This document shows, in pieces, positions 34,057 through 43,303 of a stretch of 64,000 nt of DNA; position 1 is the first letter of the stretch; each line of letters begins with the position of its first letter. Below the pieces are notes generated by a model. It had not been told where the DNA came from, made no database searches, and saw only the letters and a program-made list of their open reading frames with translations. The DNA comes from a virus (Duplodnaviria; Caudoviricetes). The stretch spans positions 40,034 to 104,033 of the IMG/VR virus record IMGVR_UViG_3300005440_000008; one strand, 5' to 3'. The position numbers and the translations under genes are program-made.

Positions 34057-35213
34057 GCCGTTCGCCCGGCCACGCGCGCCACCACGTTCTTCACGTCGCG
34101 CACACCGGCGGCCGTCGCGAAGTCCTTCAGCTGGGCCTTGCCCGCGGCCCAGAGTTTGTAGCGGGTCGGGCCCAGGACCTCGCGCTGAAAGGCGGCGTCC
34201 TGCTGCCGGAACCACTCGGCGTACTTCTGCGTGGCGGGCACCTGGCCGTTAAAGCTCGCGCGCGTCGCTCCCGGAAGACCCAGCTCCGAGGCGGCCTTGA
34301 GGACGGGCACCAGGCTACAGCGACAGTTCGGATGCGTGTCGATCACCGGTACCTTCGCCTTCTTGATGTCGGTAAAGAACTTGCCGTCGAGCTGGGCACA
34401 CTGCAGACAGCTTCTCCGATCGAGCGTGGCGACCCACCGCACGCCCTTCAGGTACTGGGCGTTCCGATCGAACGTCAGGATCGCCGCCTGGTTGGCGACG
34501 CGCACGAACTCGCTCCGGACGACGCGCTCGCTCTGCCAGCGCGCGCCCCCGAGGACGCTCTGGAGCGCGCGCGCCACCGTGGGCACGCCCTGCCCCTGGA
34601 GCAACCCGCCGACGAGCACGGTCCGCGCCTGGGCCAGCAGCGTCTCCGCCATGCGCTCGAGCGTCGTCGCCACCGTGCTGCCGCCGGTCGCGCTCGCCAG
34701 CAGCTGGGCGACCTGCGCCTCGGGGACCGCGGTGAACACCATCTCGATGGACGGCTCGTCGAGCGGCCGGGCGGTCTCCTCCTGGAGGACCGCACCCCAC
34801 GGCTCCTCGAGGTGCGGCCAGGCGAGGGCCTCTGTCGTCGTGACCGGGGTGTGGAGCGCCGCGTCCACCTCGGCTTGCACTGTCTGTGGCAGGTCGAACA
34901 GCTCGAGGCGGGCGAGCGCGAGGAGATCGCCGATGATCGTCCGGCTGACCTCGGTGAGCTGCTCGCGCACGGTGGCTCGCAGCGGGGCGAGGACCTCGCG
35001 CTCGAGGCGACCCGTGCGATCCGGATCCGGCATCCCGGCCGCGGCGCGCTCGCCCTTCACAAAGAGATCGGTGTGCCGGCGCACGTGCCAGACGGCCAGG
35101 CGCGTGAGCATGGCGAGGGAGCGCCGGACCGCCCGGAGGCAGCCGTTCTCGAGGCGCGTGTTGAGAGCCGCCCGGCGCAGCAGCCGGCGCTGGAGGCGCT
35201 CGTTGACCGTCAT
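34053..35213 (-). CDS. Minor head protein (SPP1 gp7 / Mu F-like)
   Basis: VRSE, WVATLDRRSC..C..LDG, HPNCRC. Confidence 0.9.
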   Translation of the reverse strand: MTVNERLQRRLLRRAALNTRLENGCLRAVRRSLAMLTRLAVWHVRRHTDLFVKGERAAAGMPDPDRTGRLEREVLAPLRATVREQLTEVSRTIIGDLLALARLELFDLPQTVQAEVDAALHTPVTTTEALAWPHLEEPWGAVLQEETARPLDEPSIEMVFTAVPEAQVAQLLASATGGSTVATTLERMAETLLAQARTVLVGGLLQGQGVPTVARALQSVLGGARWQSERVVRSEFVRVANQAAILTFDRNAQYLKGVRWVATLDRRSCLQCAQLDGKFFTDIKKAKVPVIDTHPNCRCSLVPVLKAASELGLPGATRASFNGQVPATQKYAEWFRQQDAAFQREVLGPTRYKLWAAGKAQLKDFATAAGVRDVKNVVARVAGRTA

Positions 35214-35464
35214 TCGCCGCTCGGGGGGCGGGACCCGCGCGAGCGGCGCCGCAGGAGCTGGGCCCACTGGCGGTTCGTCTCGGGATCGATCTCCGTCGCG
35301 CCGCTGAGGATGCAGGCGCCGGCGCTCCGGGCGTCGTCGAGGCCCGCCGTCGGGGCGTGATGCGTGGCGCACCACCGCTCGATCACGAGCTCGCGGAGGG
35401 GATCCACGTCGGGCTGACAGCCCGGGCACCAGTCGCGCGTGACGATCGGGGTGTCCATGTCCAT
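35210..35464 (-). CDS. Hypothetical protein
   Basis: 84 aa, WCPGC...WCATH, ATGA coupled. Confidence 0.5.
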   Translation of the reverse strand: MDMDTPIVTRDWCPGCQPDVDPLRELVIERWCATHHAPTAGLDDARSAGACILSGATEIDPETNRQWAQLLRRRSRGSRPPSGE

Positions 35465-35542
35465 TCAGGCCGGCCCCCCGGGACCGGCCGAGCAGAGGAC
35501 CGGCGCGACGATCGGGCCGGTCCCCTGCCCCGCCAGCATCGG

Positions 35543-35863
35543 CTACTGGTTCTCGGGCGCGCCCGCGCTGATGGCCAGCGCGACGGCCTCGCTCGGGTCG
35601 ACCTGGAGATCGAGCGCGCCAGAGATCGAGCGCACGCCCTCGCCGAGGTCCGCGTCGGCGGTCACGTTGATCTGGCACGCGCCGGGGACGAGCGCGACGA
35701 CGGTCGCGGACAGCCCGTCCTCGGCGACCTCGAGCGTGGCCACGGCGGGATCGGAGGCGGCCCACTGGGGCACCCCGTCCACCCGGGCCGGCCGGCCCTT
35801 CACGTCGACCGGCTGAATCGCGAGCGCGCACTTCTGTGTGTCCTGCAGGATGAGCTTGGCCAT
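35543..35863 (-). CDS. Ig-like (Big_2-like) domain protein
   Basis: PQWAASDPAVATL...ALVPG..QINVTA; CAGGAGG SD before ATG 35863; in-frame extension to 36010 is possible. Confidence 0.7.
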   Translation of the reverse strand: MAKLILQDTQKCALAIQPVDVKGRPARVDGVPQWAASDPAVATLEVAEDGLSATVVALVPGACQINVTADADLGEGVRSISGALDLQVDPSEAVALAISAGAPENQ

Positions 35864-36011
35864 CGGACCCTCCTGGAATCGTTCGCACGTGGTGATGGGC
35901 CCGATGACGAAGTCGAGCCGGCCGGTCGGGCCCGAACCCGGCGGGCGACGGGGACACAGGACGCGACGGAGCCAGCATCGGAGCCAGGCAAGCTGCGCGC
36001 GGCGGCGCATG

Positions 36012-37871
36012 TCAGGCGACCTTCCGGCGCCGTGGCCGCGCGGCCGGCGTCCGTTGGCGATACTGGGCCTGCGTGGCGAGTGCCTCGATGAAAGGGCGGA
36101 GCCGCTGGACCACGGCGCCCAACTGCGGCGAGATGGCCGTGGCGCCCTGGGCGAGCGCGTCGAGCTCCGCGAGGGAGGCCAGCGCCTCGGTGCGCGTGTC
36201 GTTCACCGGGTCCGGCGCCGCCGGATCCCGCGCGGGATCCGTCTCGTCGTCGGCGAGCGACCGGCCCTCTTCCTCTGCCTCGAGGCGGAGGTTCTCGCGC
36301 TCCGCGTCCCAGACGAGGTCCTCCTGGGCCGCCCAGGTGGTCTTGCTGAGGAGGCCGGCCCCGTGGAGCGCCACGCGCCGCTCGGTCTCCTTCAGCGCGT
36401 CCTTGGCGATCAGCGTCGGCCACTGGATCGTGATGCCGGGGTTGGTCTCACGGGGCAGCCCGAGCGAGCGGATCGCCTCGACGCGCACCCACTCCCAGAT
36501 CCGGACGATGGCGTCCTCGAAGTAGTCCTGCCAGTCCTCCCACTCGCGGACGGCCGGGGTGCGCGCCTCGACGGAGCTCGAATACGACGCGTTGCTCCAG
36601 TCCCCGGTGACGAGCATCTCGGGCAGGCCCAGGCCCGCCGCGATGGTCATGAGGAACCGCCGCCCGTCCTCGCCGGCATCGCGCGCGTCGAGCTTCGGGC
36701 TCAGGAAGTCGTACGAGACGCCGGGCCCGGGCGTGAGCGTCGTGCCGGGCCGGAACATCGGCTCCCGGCGCCCGCTCGTCGTCTGGGGCTCGCGCCCCTG
36801 GGGGTGGACGGCGCCGCTCGCCCGGCCCTGGACGATCGCGGCCCCTTGCGTCGGGGTGCCCTCCACCTTCCGGACGAGCGCGACGGCGGCGCGCACCTTG
36901 TTCAGCACCATCCGGTACTCTTCCCACTGCGCGTAGTTCGTGAGGTTCTTCAGCACCACCTCGAGGATCGGAAAGCCGCGGAGATCGTTGCTGTCGGCAA
37001 GGGGCTTCCGGTGGATCATCTCGTGGGCGGGCACGCGCGTCGGCGTCCCCCCGGGCGTGGCGGGCTTCAGCCAGTACGCGACAACGGTCTCGACGTCGTT
37101 GGCGAGGTGCTCGATGCCCTCCTCGAGGGCCGTCGACTCGCCCAGGAGCTCGCGGGGGAGCTGTCCGTCATTCGGCTCGTCCCGATCATCGGGCACCACA
37201 TCGACGTCGAGGACCTTGCCCACGAAGCCGGGCGTGGTCTTGCCGTCGCCGGCGACGCGATCCGGCTCGACGAAGCGGAGCAGCACGCGGCCGCCGCCGG
37301 GGCGAAACCGCCGCAGGAAGGCCTCGCCCTCGCGGAAGGCGCGGAGCACGAACTCCTTCAGGCGCTCGCGCATCCGGTTGTTCTTCGACGCGTCCTCCCA
37401 CAGCTCGCGGACTAGCAAGGGCGCGTCGCTGTCGGCCTCGGCCACAACCAGCTTGGCGTGCCGATCGTCCGCCCACGTGCCCTTCTGCTCGTCGGCGAAG
37501 TCGATCGTGAGCTCGCGCCCGATGATGAACTTGACGAAGTTCCGGAGGATGCCGCGCGCGTGGGGATCGAGCCGCCATGCGCGATAGCTCTGCTTCTGGC
37601 TCGTGGTGCGCTCGACGCTCGTCGGGAGGCTCTTGCTCGAGTCGAGGGATCCGCCGCTCGAGAGGAGCGACCAGTTCGCCTCGTCGCGATCTGGACGCGC
37701 CTCGGGCCCCTCCTGCAGCAGGAGGCCGCTCATGAGGCGGCGCGTGTACCTGGCCTCCTCGAGGGCGAGCTCGAGCTCGACGTGCGCGAGCTCTTGCTGG
37801 AGGGCGCGGGTCGTGGGGCGCTTGGGGGACTCGGACGACGCGGCGGCGGGCGCGGACTTGCTTCGAGCCAT
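36012..37871 (-). CDS. Portal protein
   Basis: About 620 aa after TerL; EGEAFLR, RGFPIL, GLPEMLVTGDWSNASYSS. Confidence 0.85.
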   Translation of the reverse strand: MARSKSAPAAASSESPKRPTTRALQQELAHVELELALEEARYTRRLMSGLLLQEGPEARPDRDEANWSLLSSGGSLDSSKSLPTSVERTTSQKQSYRAWRLDPHARGILRNFVKFIIGRELTIDFADEQKGTWADDRHAKLVVAEADSDAPLLVRELWEDASKNNRMRERLKEFVLRAFREGEAFLRRFRPGGGRVLLRFVEPDRVAGDGKTTPGFVGKVLDVDVVPDDRDEPNDGQLPRELLGESTALEEGIEHLANDVETVVAYWLKPATPGGTPTRVPAHEMIHRKPLADSNDLRGFPILEVVLKNLTNYAQWEEYRMVLNKVRAAVALVRKVEGTPTQGAAIVQGRASGAVHPQGREPQTTSGRREPMFRPGTTLTPGPGVSYDFLSPKLDARDAGEDGRRFLMTIAAGLGLPEMLVTGDWSNASYSSSVEARTPAVREWEDWQDYFEDAIVRIWEWVRVEAIRSLGLPRETNPGITIQWPTLIAKDALKETERRVALHGAGLLSKTTWAAQEDLVWDAERENLRLEAEEEGRSLADDETDPARDPAAPDPVNDTRTEALASLAELDALAQGATAISPQLGAVVQRLRPFIEALATQAQYRQRTPAARPRRRKVA

Positions 37872-37971
37872 CCTCAGATCTCCGCCGAGGTGTGACGAAG
37901 GCACAGCACCTCAACGCCCGGTGTCTGAGGACGGGCGAGTCGCGAGCCAGTATAGCGCAGCACGAGCCGGC

Positions 37972-39396
37972 TCACAGGAAGCTCCCCCCGAACTCGTCGT
38001 CGGGGATCTCGCCCTGGAGCTCGGACTCGTCGAAGGGGGGCACGACGATCGCGCCGGCGAGCTTGTTGAAGGCCCCGCTCGCGCCGTCCACCTGGTCGTC
38101 CTGGGGTCCAGTGGGGAAGCCATGCAGCTCGTCCAGAAACGCCTTGTTCCACGCGCCCTGCACGAGCAGGACGTTGCCGACCTCGGCCTGGGCCGAGAGC
38201 GGCTGGGCCCGCGTCACCTTGTCGCCCGTCGGGCGCTCGGCGTGGACGTTCCAGCCGGCGAGCATGCGGATGGTCGCCTCCGCGCTTTCCTTCCCTCCAG
38301 AGCCCGGCTCTTGCTCAGACCAGATCGCGCAGCCGAGGCCGTCCGTCTGGGCGGTCTGCTTGATCACTTCGTTGCGCCGCGCGCTCGACCACTGCCCCCG
38401 CACGACGTCCTCGACGAAGTAGAGCCCCTGCTCCGTCCGGGCCATGCGCACGCCGGCGGAGTACGACCCGCCGCCCTCGGTCCCCGCCTTGTCCCAGTAC
38501 CGGATGCGGGCGATGACGTCGGTGGCCACGGCATCGACGATCCGGAACCAGCCGCGGTTGAAGACGAGGCCGGCCTCGGGGCGGATCTTCCAGTTCCCGC
38601 CAAGCAGGCGCGCGCGCTCGACCGGCGGCAGCGCGTACAGGTTGGCCAGGTACGAGGGGTCCCGCGACAGCAGGGCCGGGTTGTCGTGCACCAGCGCCGG
38701 GACGAACGTCATCGACTTCGGCGGGATGTCCGGGTGGAGGACGGCCAGCTCCTCGGGGGTGTCGGCCCACACGAGGGTGCCCTCCACGCGGATGAACCAG
38801 CGGAGCTGCCCCGCGCGCGCCGGGATCGGAAAGCCGGTGTCCTGGTCGATCCACCAGGTGATCAGCTCCGCCACCCACGAGTCGGCATCCGGGTTCGTCG
38901 TCGCGCGGATGTACGGCCGCACCCCGCACGTCGAGCGGCTCCGGGAGAACATGTAGAAGAACTGCTCCTCGGTGAACCCGGTCAGCTCGTCGAACCCGAT
39001 GAACGGGATCTGCGAGCCCTGCCAGTCGAAGCGGTTCTTCTCGTGCTCCATGTGGGCGAAGCGGAGTCGGTTGCCATGGGGCGGGAAGTACCACTCGAGC
39101 GTGCTCTCCTTGGGCACGGCGCCGAGCGCGGGGTAGATCAGGTAGGACTCGTCCCAGAGCCCGCCCTCGTTGGTGATCTGGGGGCTCGTCCGCCGGAAGA
39201 CGACCGCGCCGAATCCGTTCACCGTGCGCATATAGCGGAGGGGTTCGAGGAGGAGCGCGAAGCTCTTCCCCGACCCGGCGCCTCCGCCGTAGATCGCGAC
39301 GTCGGCGTGGGTTGACAGGAATAGCTCTTGGGGGCCCCTTTGCGGACGGAGCACGCGCGGCGCCGGCGCGGCTTGAGCCGGAGCGGTGGCGCTCAC
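37972..39396 (-). CDS. terL: Terminase large subunit
   Basis: PQRGPQ, Walker A GGGAGSGKS, Walker B IGFDEL, ATTNP, DDQVDG. Confidence 0.95.
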   Translation of the reverse strand: MSATAPAQAAPAPRVLRPQRGPQELFLSTHADVAIYGGGAGSGKSFALLLEPLRYMRTVNGFGAVVFRRTSPQITNEGGLWDESYLIYPALGAVPKESTLEWYFPPHGNRLRFAHMEHEKNRFDWQGSQIPFIGFDELTGFTEEQFFYMFSRSRSTCGVRPYIRATTNPDADSWVAELITWWIDQDTGFPIPARAGQLRWFIRVEGTLVWADTPEELAVLHPDIPPKSMTFVPALVHDNPALLSRDPSYLANLYALPPVERARLLGGNWKIRPEAGLVFNRGWFRIVDAVATDVIARIRYWDKAGTEGGGSYSAGVRMARTEQGLYFVEDVVRGQWSSARRNEVIKQTAQTDGLGCAIWSEQEPGSGGKESAEATIRMLAGWNVHAERPTGDKVTRAQPLSAQAEVGNVLLVQGAWNKAFLDELHGFPTGPQDDQVDGASGAFNKLAGAIVVPPFDESELQGEIPDDEFGGSFL

Positions 39397-40016
39397 GAGA
39401 CTGGCCGCCCGTTGTCGGGGAGGTAGATCACCACGCTCTCGCCGGGCACCTCGGCCAGGGGCTTGCCGTCGCGCCCGAAAACCTTCGTGGTGGGGAACAC
39501 GCCGAGGTGCTTGCCGAGGAGCTGGAGGGCCTCGGTCTTGTCGTAGAGGCGGATCCGCTTGGCGGTGCCCGCCGGCGTGTCGTGTGACGAGACCTCGGCG
39601 ACGCAGGCGGCGTCCTCCAGGGTGGCGCTGTCCTTGAACAGCACCCCCGTCGGGCCCCACGACGTGAACGTGCGGATGTCGGAGAAGCCGATCTTGACGA
39701 GCTCGGCCACGACCTGGTCGGCGCTGACCTCGAGACGCTGCGCACGCGCGGCCATCCGGGCCTGCAGGGCCGCCTGGACGGTAGCATTCGCTAGCAGCCG
39801 GACGCCCTGCACGTTGGCCCCGCGTCGGCTGTACCCGGCACGGATGACGGCCTGGGTGGCGTTGAGATCCTTGAGGTATTCGGCGACGAAGGCCTGGCGA
39901 CGGGGGGACAGCGTGGACGCCGACTTCCGAGCGGGTCGGGCGGGAGGCGACGGCGGGGGCGAAACCGGAGGCGCATGGCGGCCGTGACGTCGCGCGCCTT
40001 TCCGTTTCGCGGTCAC
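39393..40016 (-). CDS. terS: Terminase small subunit
   Basis: FVAEYLKDLNATQAVIRAGYS...LGKHLG. Confidence 0.95.
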   Translation of the reverse strand: MTAKRKGARRHGRHAPPVSPPPSPPARPARKSASTLSPRRQAFVAEYLKDLNATQAVIRAGYSRRGANVQGVRLLANATVQAALQARMAARAQRLEVSADQVVAELVKIGFSDIRTFTSWGPTGVLFKDSATLEDAACVAEVSSHDTPAGTAKRIRLYDKTEALQLLGKHLGVFPTTKVFGRDGKPLAEVPGESVVIYLPDNGRPVS

Positions 40017-40085
40017 TCGGTCAGGATTGCGCTCTCCTCTCTGATGCTGCGGGGGTATCGGGTGGTTACGTCACGCTGCCCTGCG

Positions 40086-40102
40086 AGGATACCACTGCCC
40101 CT
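40086..40102 (-). promoter_or_regulatory. Putative extended -10 promoter for terS (TGnTATCCT), within repeat copy 1
   Basis: Minus strand AGGGGCAGTGGTATCCT. Confidence 0.45.
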
Positions 40103-40923
40103 TACGACAGGAGCTCGCGAGCCCGGGTTCGCCAGTCTCGGAGCTGCTGCTCGTGGGCCGCCCGGAGCGAAATGTTCATCAGCCCCTCGAAGCCCGTGTC
40201 CATCGACTTGAGCCGCCCCAGTCCCATCGACTCTGGCCCTTGGCCCGCTTCCGCACCGATCGTCTCGTCGACGAGCCGCTGCCCCTCCTCCAGCAGTCGC
40301 CACATGTCGAACCACGACTTGCCGTGGAGCCACGCTCGGAGCTCGGTGTCCGCGAGCACTGACGCCCGGTCCGGCGGCGTCAACGCCTCGATGGCGGCGA
40401 CCGTCCAGAAGCGAGTCCGCGGGTCCGTGTTCGTCAGAAGTGGGACCCGACGGAGCTGTCGGAACACGGGGGCTGCCTCGACCGGCTGGCCGTGAACACT
40501 CGACACGAGATCGTGCTGGTTGAATTGATGCCGTGTCCCCACGCACAGCACCCGCGCGATCCGTTCCTGCTCGCCGGGATCCCGACCGACGTAGTAGTCG
40601 TAGGCCCACGAGTCCAGCTCGACGAGGGGCCCGCCGTGGGCCGTGAACACGGCCGCTCCATCCTTCGTTTTCCCCACGAACGCCCACGGGGCGGCGCCCT
40701 GCGTCGCCGGTGTCGGCACCGGTTGAGCCGGCCTGAGTTTCAGGATGCAGGTCAGACTCCACGCCGTAACTCCAAACGTCCCGATGCAGATGAGGGACAC
40801 CGCCCATGGCGCAAGCCCCTGCGTGGTGAGAAATGTTGCCCCGCCCGCCACGCCAGAGATGACGAGAACGACGAGGCCATACCAGTTCATGACCCATCCG
40901 GCCCACCCATCGCGTCCGTCCAT
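40102..40923 (-). CDS. Moron-like protein with two N-terminal TM helices
   Basis: 273 aa, own SD (GAAAGGGGA) and promoter-like motif, visibly less GC-biased codons. Confidence 0.6.
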   Translation of the reverse strand: MDGRDGWAGWVMNWYGLVVLVISGVAGGATFLTTQGLAPWAVSLICIGTFGVTAWSLTCILKLRPAQPVPTPATQGAAPWAFVGKTKDGAAVFTAHGGPLVELDSWAYDYYVGRDPGEQERIARVLCVGTRHQFNQHDLVSSVHGQPVEAAPVFRQLRRVPLLTNTDPRTRFWTVAAIEALTPPDRASVLADTELRAWLHGKSWFDMWRLLEEGQRLVDETIGAEAGQGPESMGLGRLKSMDTGFEGLMNISLRAAHEQQLRDWRTRARELLS

Positions 40924-40954
40924 GCCCGTCCCCTTTCGACGTAACTCGGGCAGG

Positions 40955-40972
40955 AACGTACCACTGACCCCT
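40955..40972 (-). promoter_or_regulatory. Putative extended -10 promoter (TGnTACGTT), repeat copy 2
   Basis: Minus strand AGGGGTCAGTGGTACGTT, near-copy of 40090-40102. Confidence 0.45.
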
Positions 40973-40989
40973 CCGCAAGGAAACGGCCC

Positions 40990-41529
40990 TCACGCCTTCA
41001 CCCGCTCCGACCGCAGGCGCGTCACGGTGCCGCTCCACAGCTCTTCGAGCTGCTCCCCCGGGACGCCGACGCTCCGGGCCAGGTCCTTGAAGGTCGCCTC
41101 GTCACCGGCGCGCGCGAGATCGAGCAGCACGGGCACGTGCTCACCCGCGAGGCGCGACTCCGGCTCATCGGGGGGAAAGTCCCGCATCGACACGCTATCC
41201 GCACCCGCCCGGAGCTGGATCGGCTGAGCCAACTCGACCAGCGCGAAGGTCGGGTACAGGCGCTCGGCGTGCGGCAGGACCGTGCCCTCGGCCGGGGCCA
41301 GGATACGGCCGAGCCCGGACGTGATCCAGATGCGGCCGCGCGCCGTGACGAACCGGGGCAACGGCCGCGCCAGGGACGCATCCGGGAAGATCTCACAGAC
41401 CCCGACCAGCTCGAGGACCGCGCCAACGCGGACGCGCGGCCGGGGCCGGTAGCGGGCCCAGGCTTGCCGCGCCAACACGCCCACGATGAGGCCCACGAGG
41501 AGCGCGAACCTCCGGGCGCGCCGCCTCAT
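40990..41529 (-). CDS. Hypothetical protein with N-terminal TM/signal segment
   Basis: MRRRARRFALLVGLIVGVLA; ATGA overlap. Confidence 0.5.
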   Translation of the reverse strand: MRRRARRFALLVGLIVGVLARQAWARYRPRPRVRVGAVLELVGVCEIFPDASLARPLPRFVTARGRIWITSGLGRILAPAEGTVLPHAERLYPTFALVELAQPIQLRAGADSVSMRDFPPDEPESRLAGEHVPVLLDLARAGDEATFKDLARSVGVPGEQLEELWSGTVTRLRSERVKA

Positions 41530-42683
41530 GAATTCTCCCGCTCGATCGCGTAGAGCCGGCGCAGGTTGCGGTCGATCGAGTCGCCGGTGTGCACGCCTCC
41601 GCGACGCTCCACCTCGTCGCGCAAGGGGAAGCGATCCGGCACGGTCGCGTTCGACTCCAGGTACGTCCGCCGCGGCCGCAGCTGGTCGACGAGCCGCCAC
41701 AGCGATGCCTCCCCGCCCGCGAGGTGCTTGGTCATCGACAGCACGAGCAGATGGTCGATGCGGTCCGCGCAGACCGCGGCCAGCCACGCGGCCAGCTCCG
41801 GAAGGTCGGGGCCGTCCACGGCCGCCTGGCGATAGCACGCGTTGATCCCCGCCTGCCGGGCCAGCCGGCGGGCCAGTTTCACGAAGTCGGCGTCGTGGTC
41901 GATCCCGATCAAGCGCCCGAGGTTCGGCCCCTGCCGGAGCGCGGCGTACGTGAGGAACCCGCCGAGCTGCGACCCGATGTCCACCACCGACTCCCCGGCG
42001 ATCGGGAGGAACCTGAGCGCCATCGCCCGCTCGCGCACGCGACGCTCGCCGGGCACCCATCCCTGGTGGATCCAGACGTCCTGGTACGGCACGTTGCGCG
42101 CGTGCGGCGGGAACTGACCGTCGGTCAGGAGATCCGTCTCGAGCGCGTCATCGACCGGAATCGGCGGGACACGCTCGGCCGGCCCGGACCAGCGGAGGCG
42201 GTCCCAGCCCGAGCGGCGCACGTCGATCAATCGGCCGCCGATGATGTTCCCGGGCTTGTGGAGGTCGTTCCACGCGCCCGGCGTGCCCGTGACGGCTCCG
42301 CTCGCGCGGAGCGCCTCCGGCGTGAAGGTCCCCGGCTCGAGCGTCGTGGCGTCCGCCATCTCGTAGCCGAAGGCGCCACACGGATCCGCCCACCACCCGC
42401 CCGGGTGCTCGGAGATCACCGTCTGGACGTACACCCAGTCCCCGATCGGCGGCGCCCACGATCGCGCCGCGAGCCAGCGCAGGAGCGCGACCTCCTCGCC
42501 GATCAGCGACCGCGGGTAAAGTCCATCGCCCGGCATCCGGTACTTCTGGAGCATCCCCCCGAACTGAAAGGGAATCTTGCAGCCCAAGGCGCCCGGCTCG
42601 CGGGGCGGAATCCACACGCTGTGCTGCCCGACCACCACGCCCGGCTTCGTGAGATCCAGCTCGTCGATGATGTGCACGGTCAC
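41526..42683 (-). CDS. Kinase-like domain fused to class I SAM methyltransferase
   Basis: CKIP, EEVALL, DLHKPGN, LID (kinase/APH-like); VVDIGSQLGGF, GIDHD (MTase). Confidence 0.7.
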   Translation of the reverse strand: MTVHIIDELDLTKPGVVVGQHSVWIPPREPGALGCKIPFQFGGMLQKYRMPGDGLYPRSLIGEEVALLRWLAARSWAPPIGDWVYVQTVISEHPGGWWADPCGAFGYEMADATTLEPGTFTPEALRASGAVTGTPGAWNDLHKPGNIIGGRLIDVRRSGWDRLRWSGPAERVPPIPVDDALETDLLTDGQFPPHARNVPYQDVWIHQGWVPGERRVRERAMALRFLPIAGESVVDIGSQLGGFLTYAALRQGPNLGRLIGIDHDADFVKLARRLARQAGINACYRQAAVDGPDLPELAAWLAAVCADRIDHLLVLSMTKHLAGGEASLWRLVDQLRPRRTYLESNATVPDRFPLRDEVERRGGVHTGDSIDRNLRRLYAIERENS

Positions 42684-43303
42684 TCCCTGCACGGTTCGGT
42701 GTGGTGGGGGCTGCCAACCTTGGTGCGCGTCAGCTGGAGCGGCGCGTGGTAGAGGCTCGTCTCCACGCGGATGATCGTGAGCCCGAAGGCGTAGGGCAGC
42801 GTCACCCGGCTCGTCTCCACGCCGAACTCGGCGGCGGCCTCGAGGGCGGCGCGGATCCCAGCGCGAACCCCGGGCCCGCTGTAGGAGTGCGCGCTGTCGT
42901 GGACGAGGACCAGCCCAAGCGGGCGGACGCGCGGCAGGACCCACGCGAGGTCGGCCGCCACCGTCTCGGCGTCATGCGACCCGTCGTGGAGCACCAGCTC
43001 GAGCGGCGGGATCCGTCGGTGCTCGTCGACGTGAGCTCGCGCCGCCTCCGAGGTGACCGGGAAGTGCGTGTGGCGCGGATGCGTCGTCTCCCATGGCTTG
43101 GGCGCACACGAGAAGAGGTGCCCCTGCGTCTCCTCGAGGGCGAGCAGGATGGTCTCGGTCGAGCGCCCGACGCCGAACTCGAACACCGCCTGCGCCTCGA
43201 GGCCGCGGACGGCGCTGTAGAGGAAGAGGTAGTGCGGCCCGAGCCCGCTCGTGAACGCCTCGAGCTCCTGGCCCAGCATGATCGCGACCGCGGTGGCCCT
43301 CAT
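42680..43303 (-). CDS. SAM methyltransferase (Methyltransf_24-like)
   Basis: VFEFGVGRST, LHDGSH, LVHD. Confidence 0.8.
   Translation of the reverse strand: MRATAVAIMLGQELEAFTSGLGPHYLFLYSAVRGLEAQAVFEFGVGRSTETILLALEETQGHLFSCAPKPWETTHPRHTHFPVTSEAARAHVDEHRRIPPLELVLHDGSHDAETVAADLAWVLPRVRPLGLVLVHDSAHSYSGPGVRAGIRAALEAAAEFGVETSRVTLPYAFGLTIIRVETSLYHAPLQLTRTKVGSPHHTEPCRE

Noticed and set aside
35466-35542. 24-codon ORF and GGGACCGGCC inverted repeat
   Set aside because: Too short and GC-rich to distinguish from chance
37949-37954. TATACT -10 upstream of the portal gene
   Set aside because: No matching -35 or TG extension; a hexamer alone is insufficient
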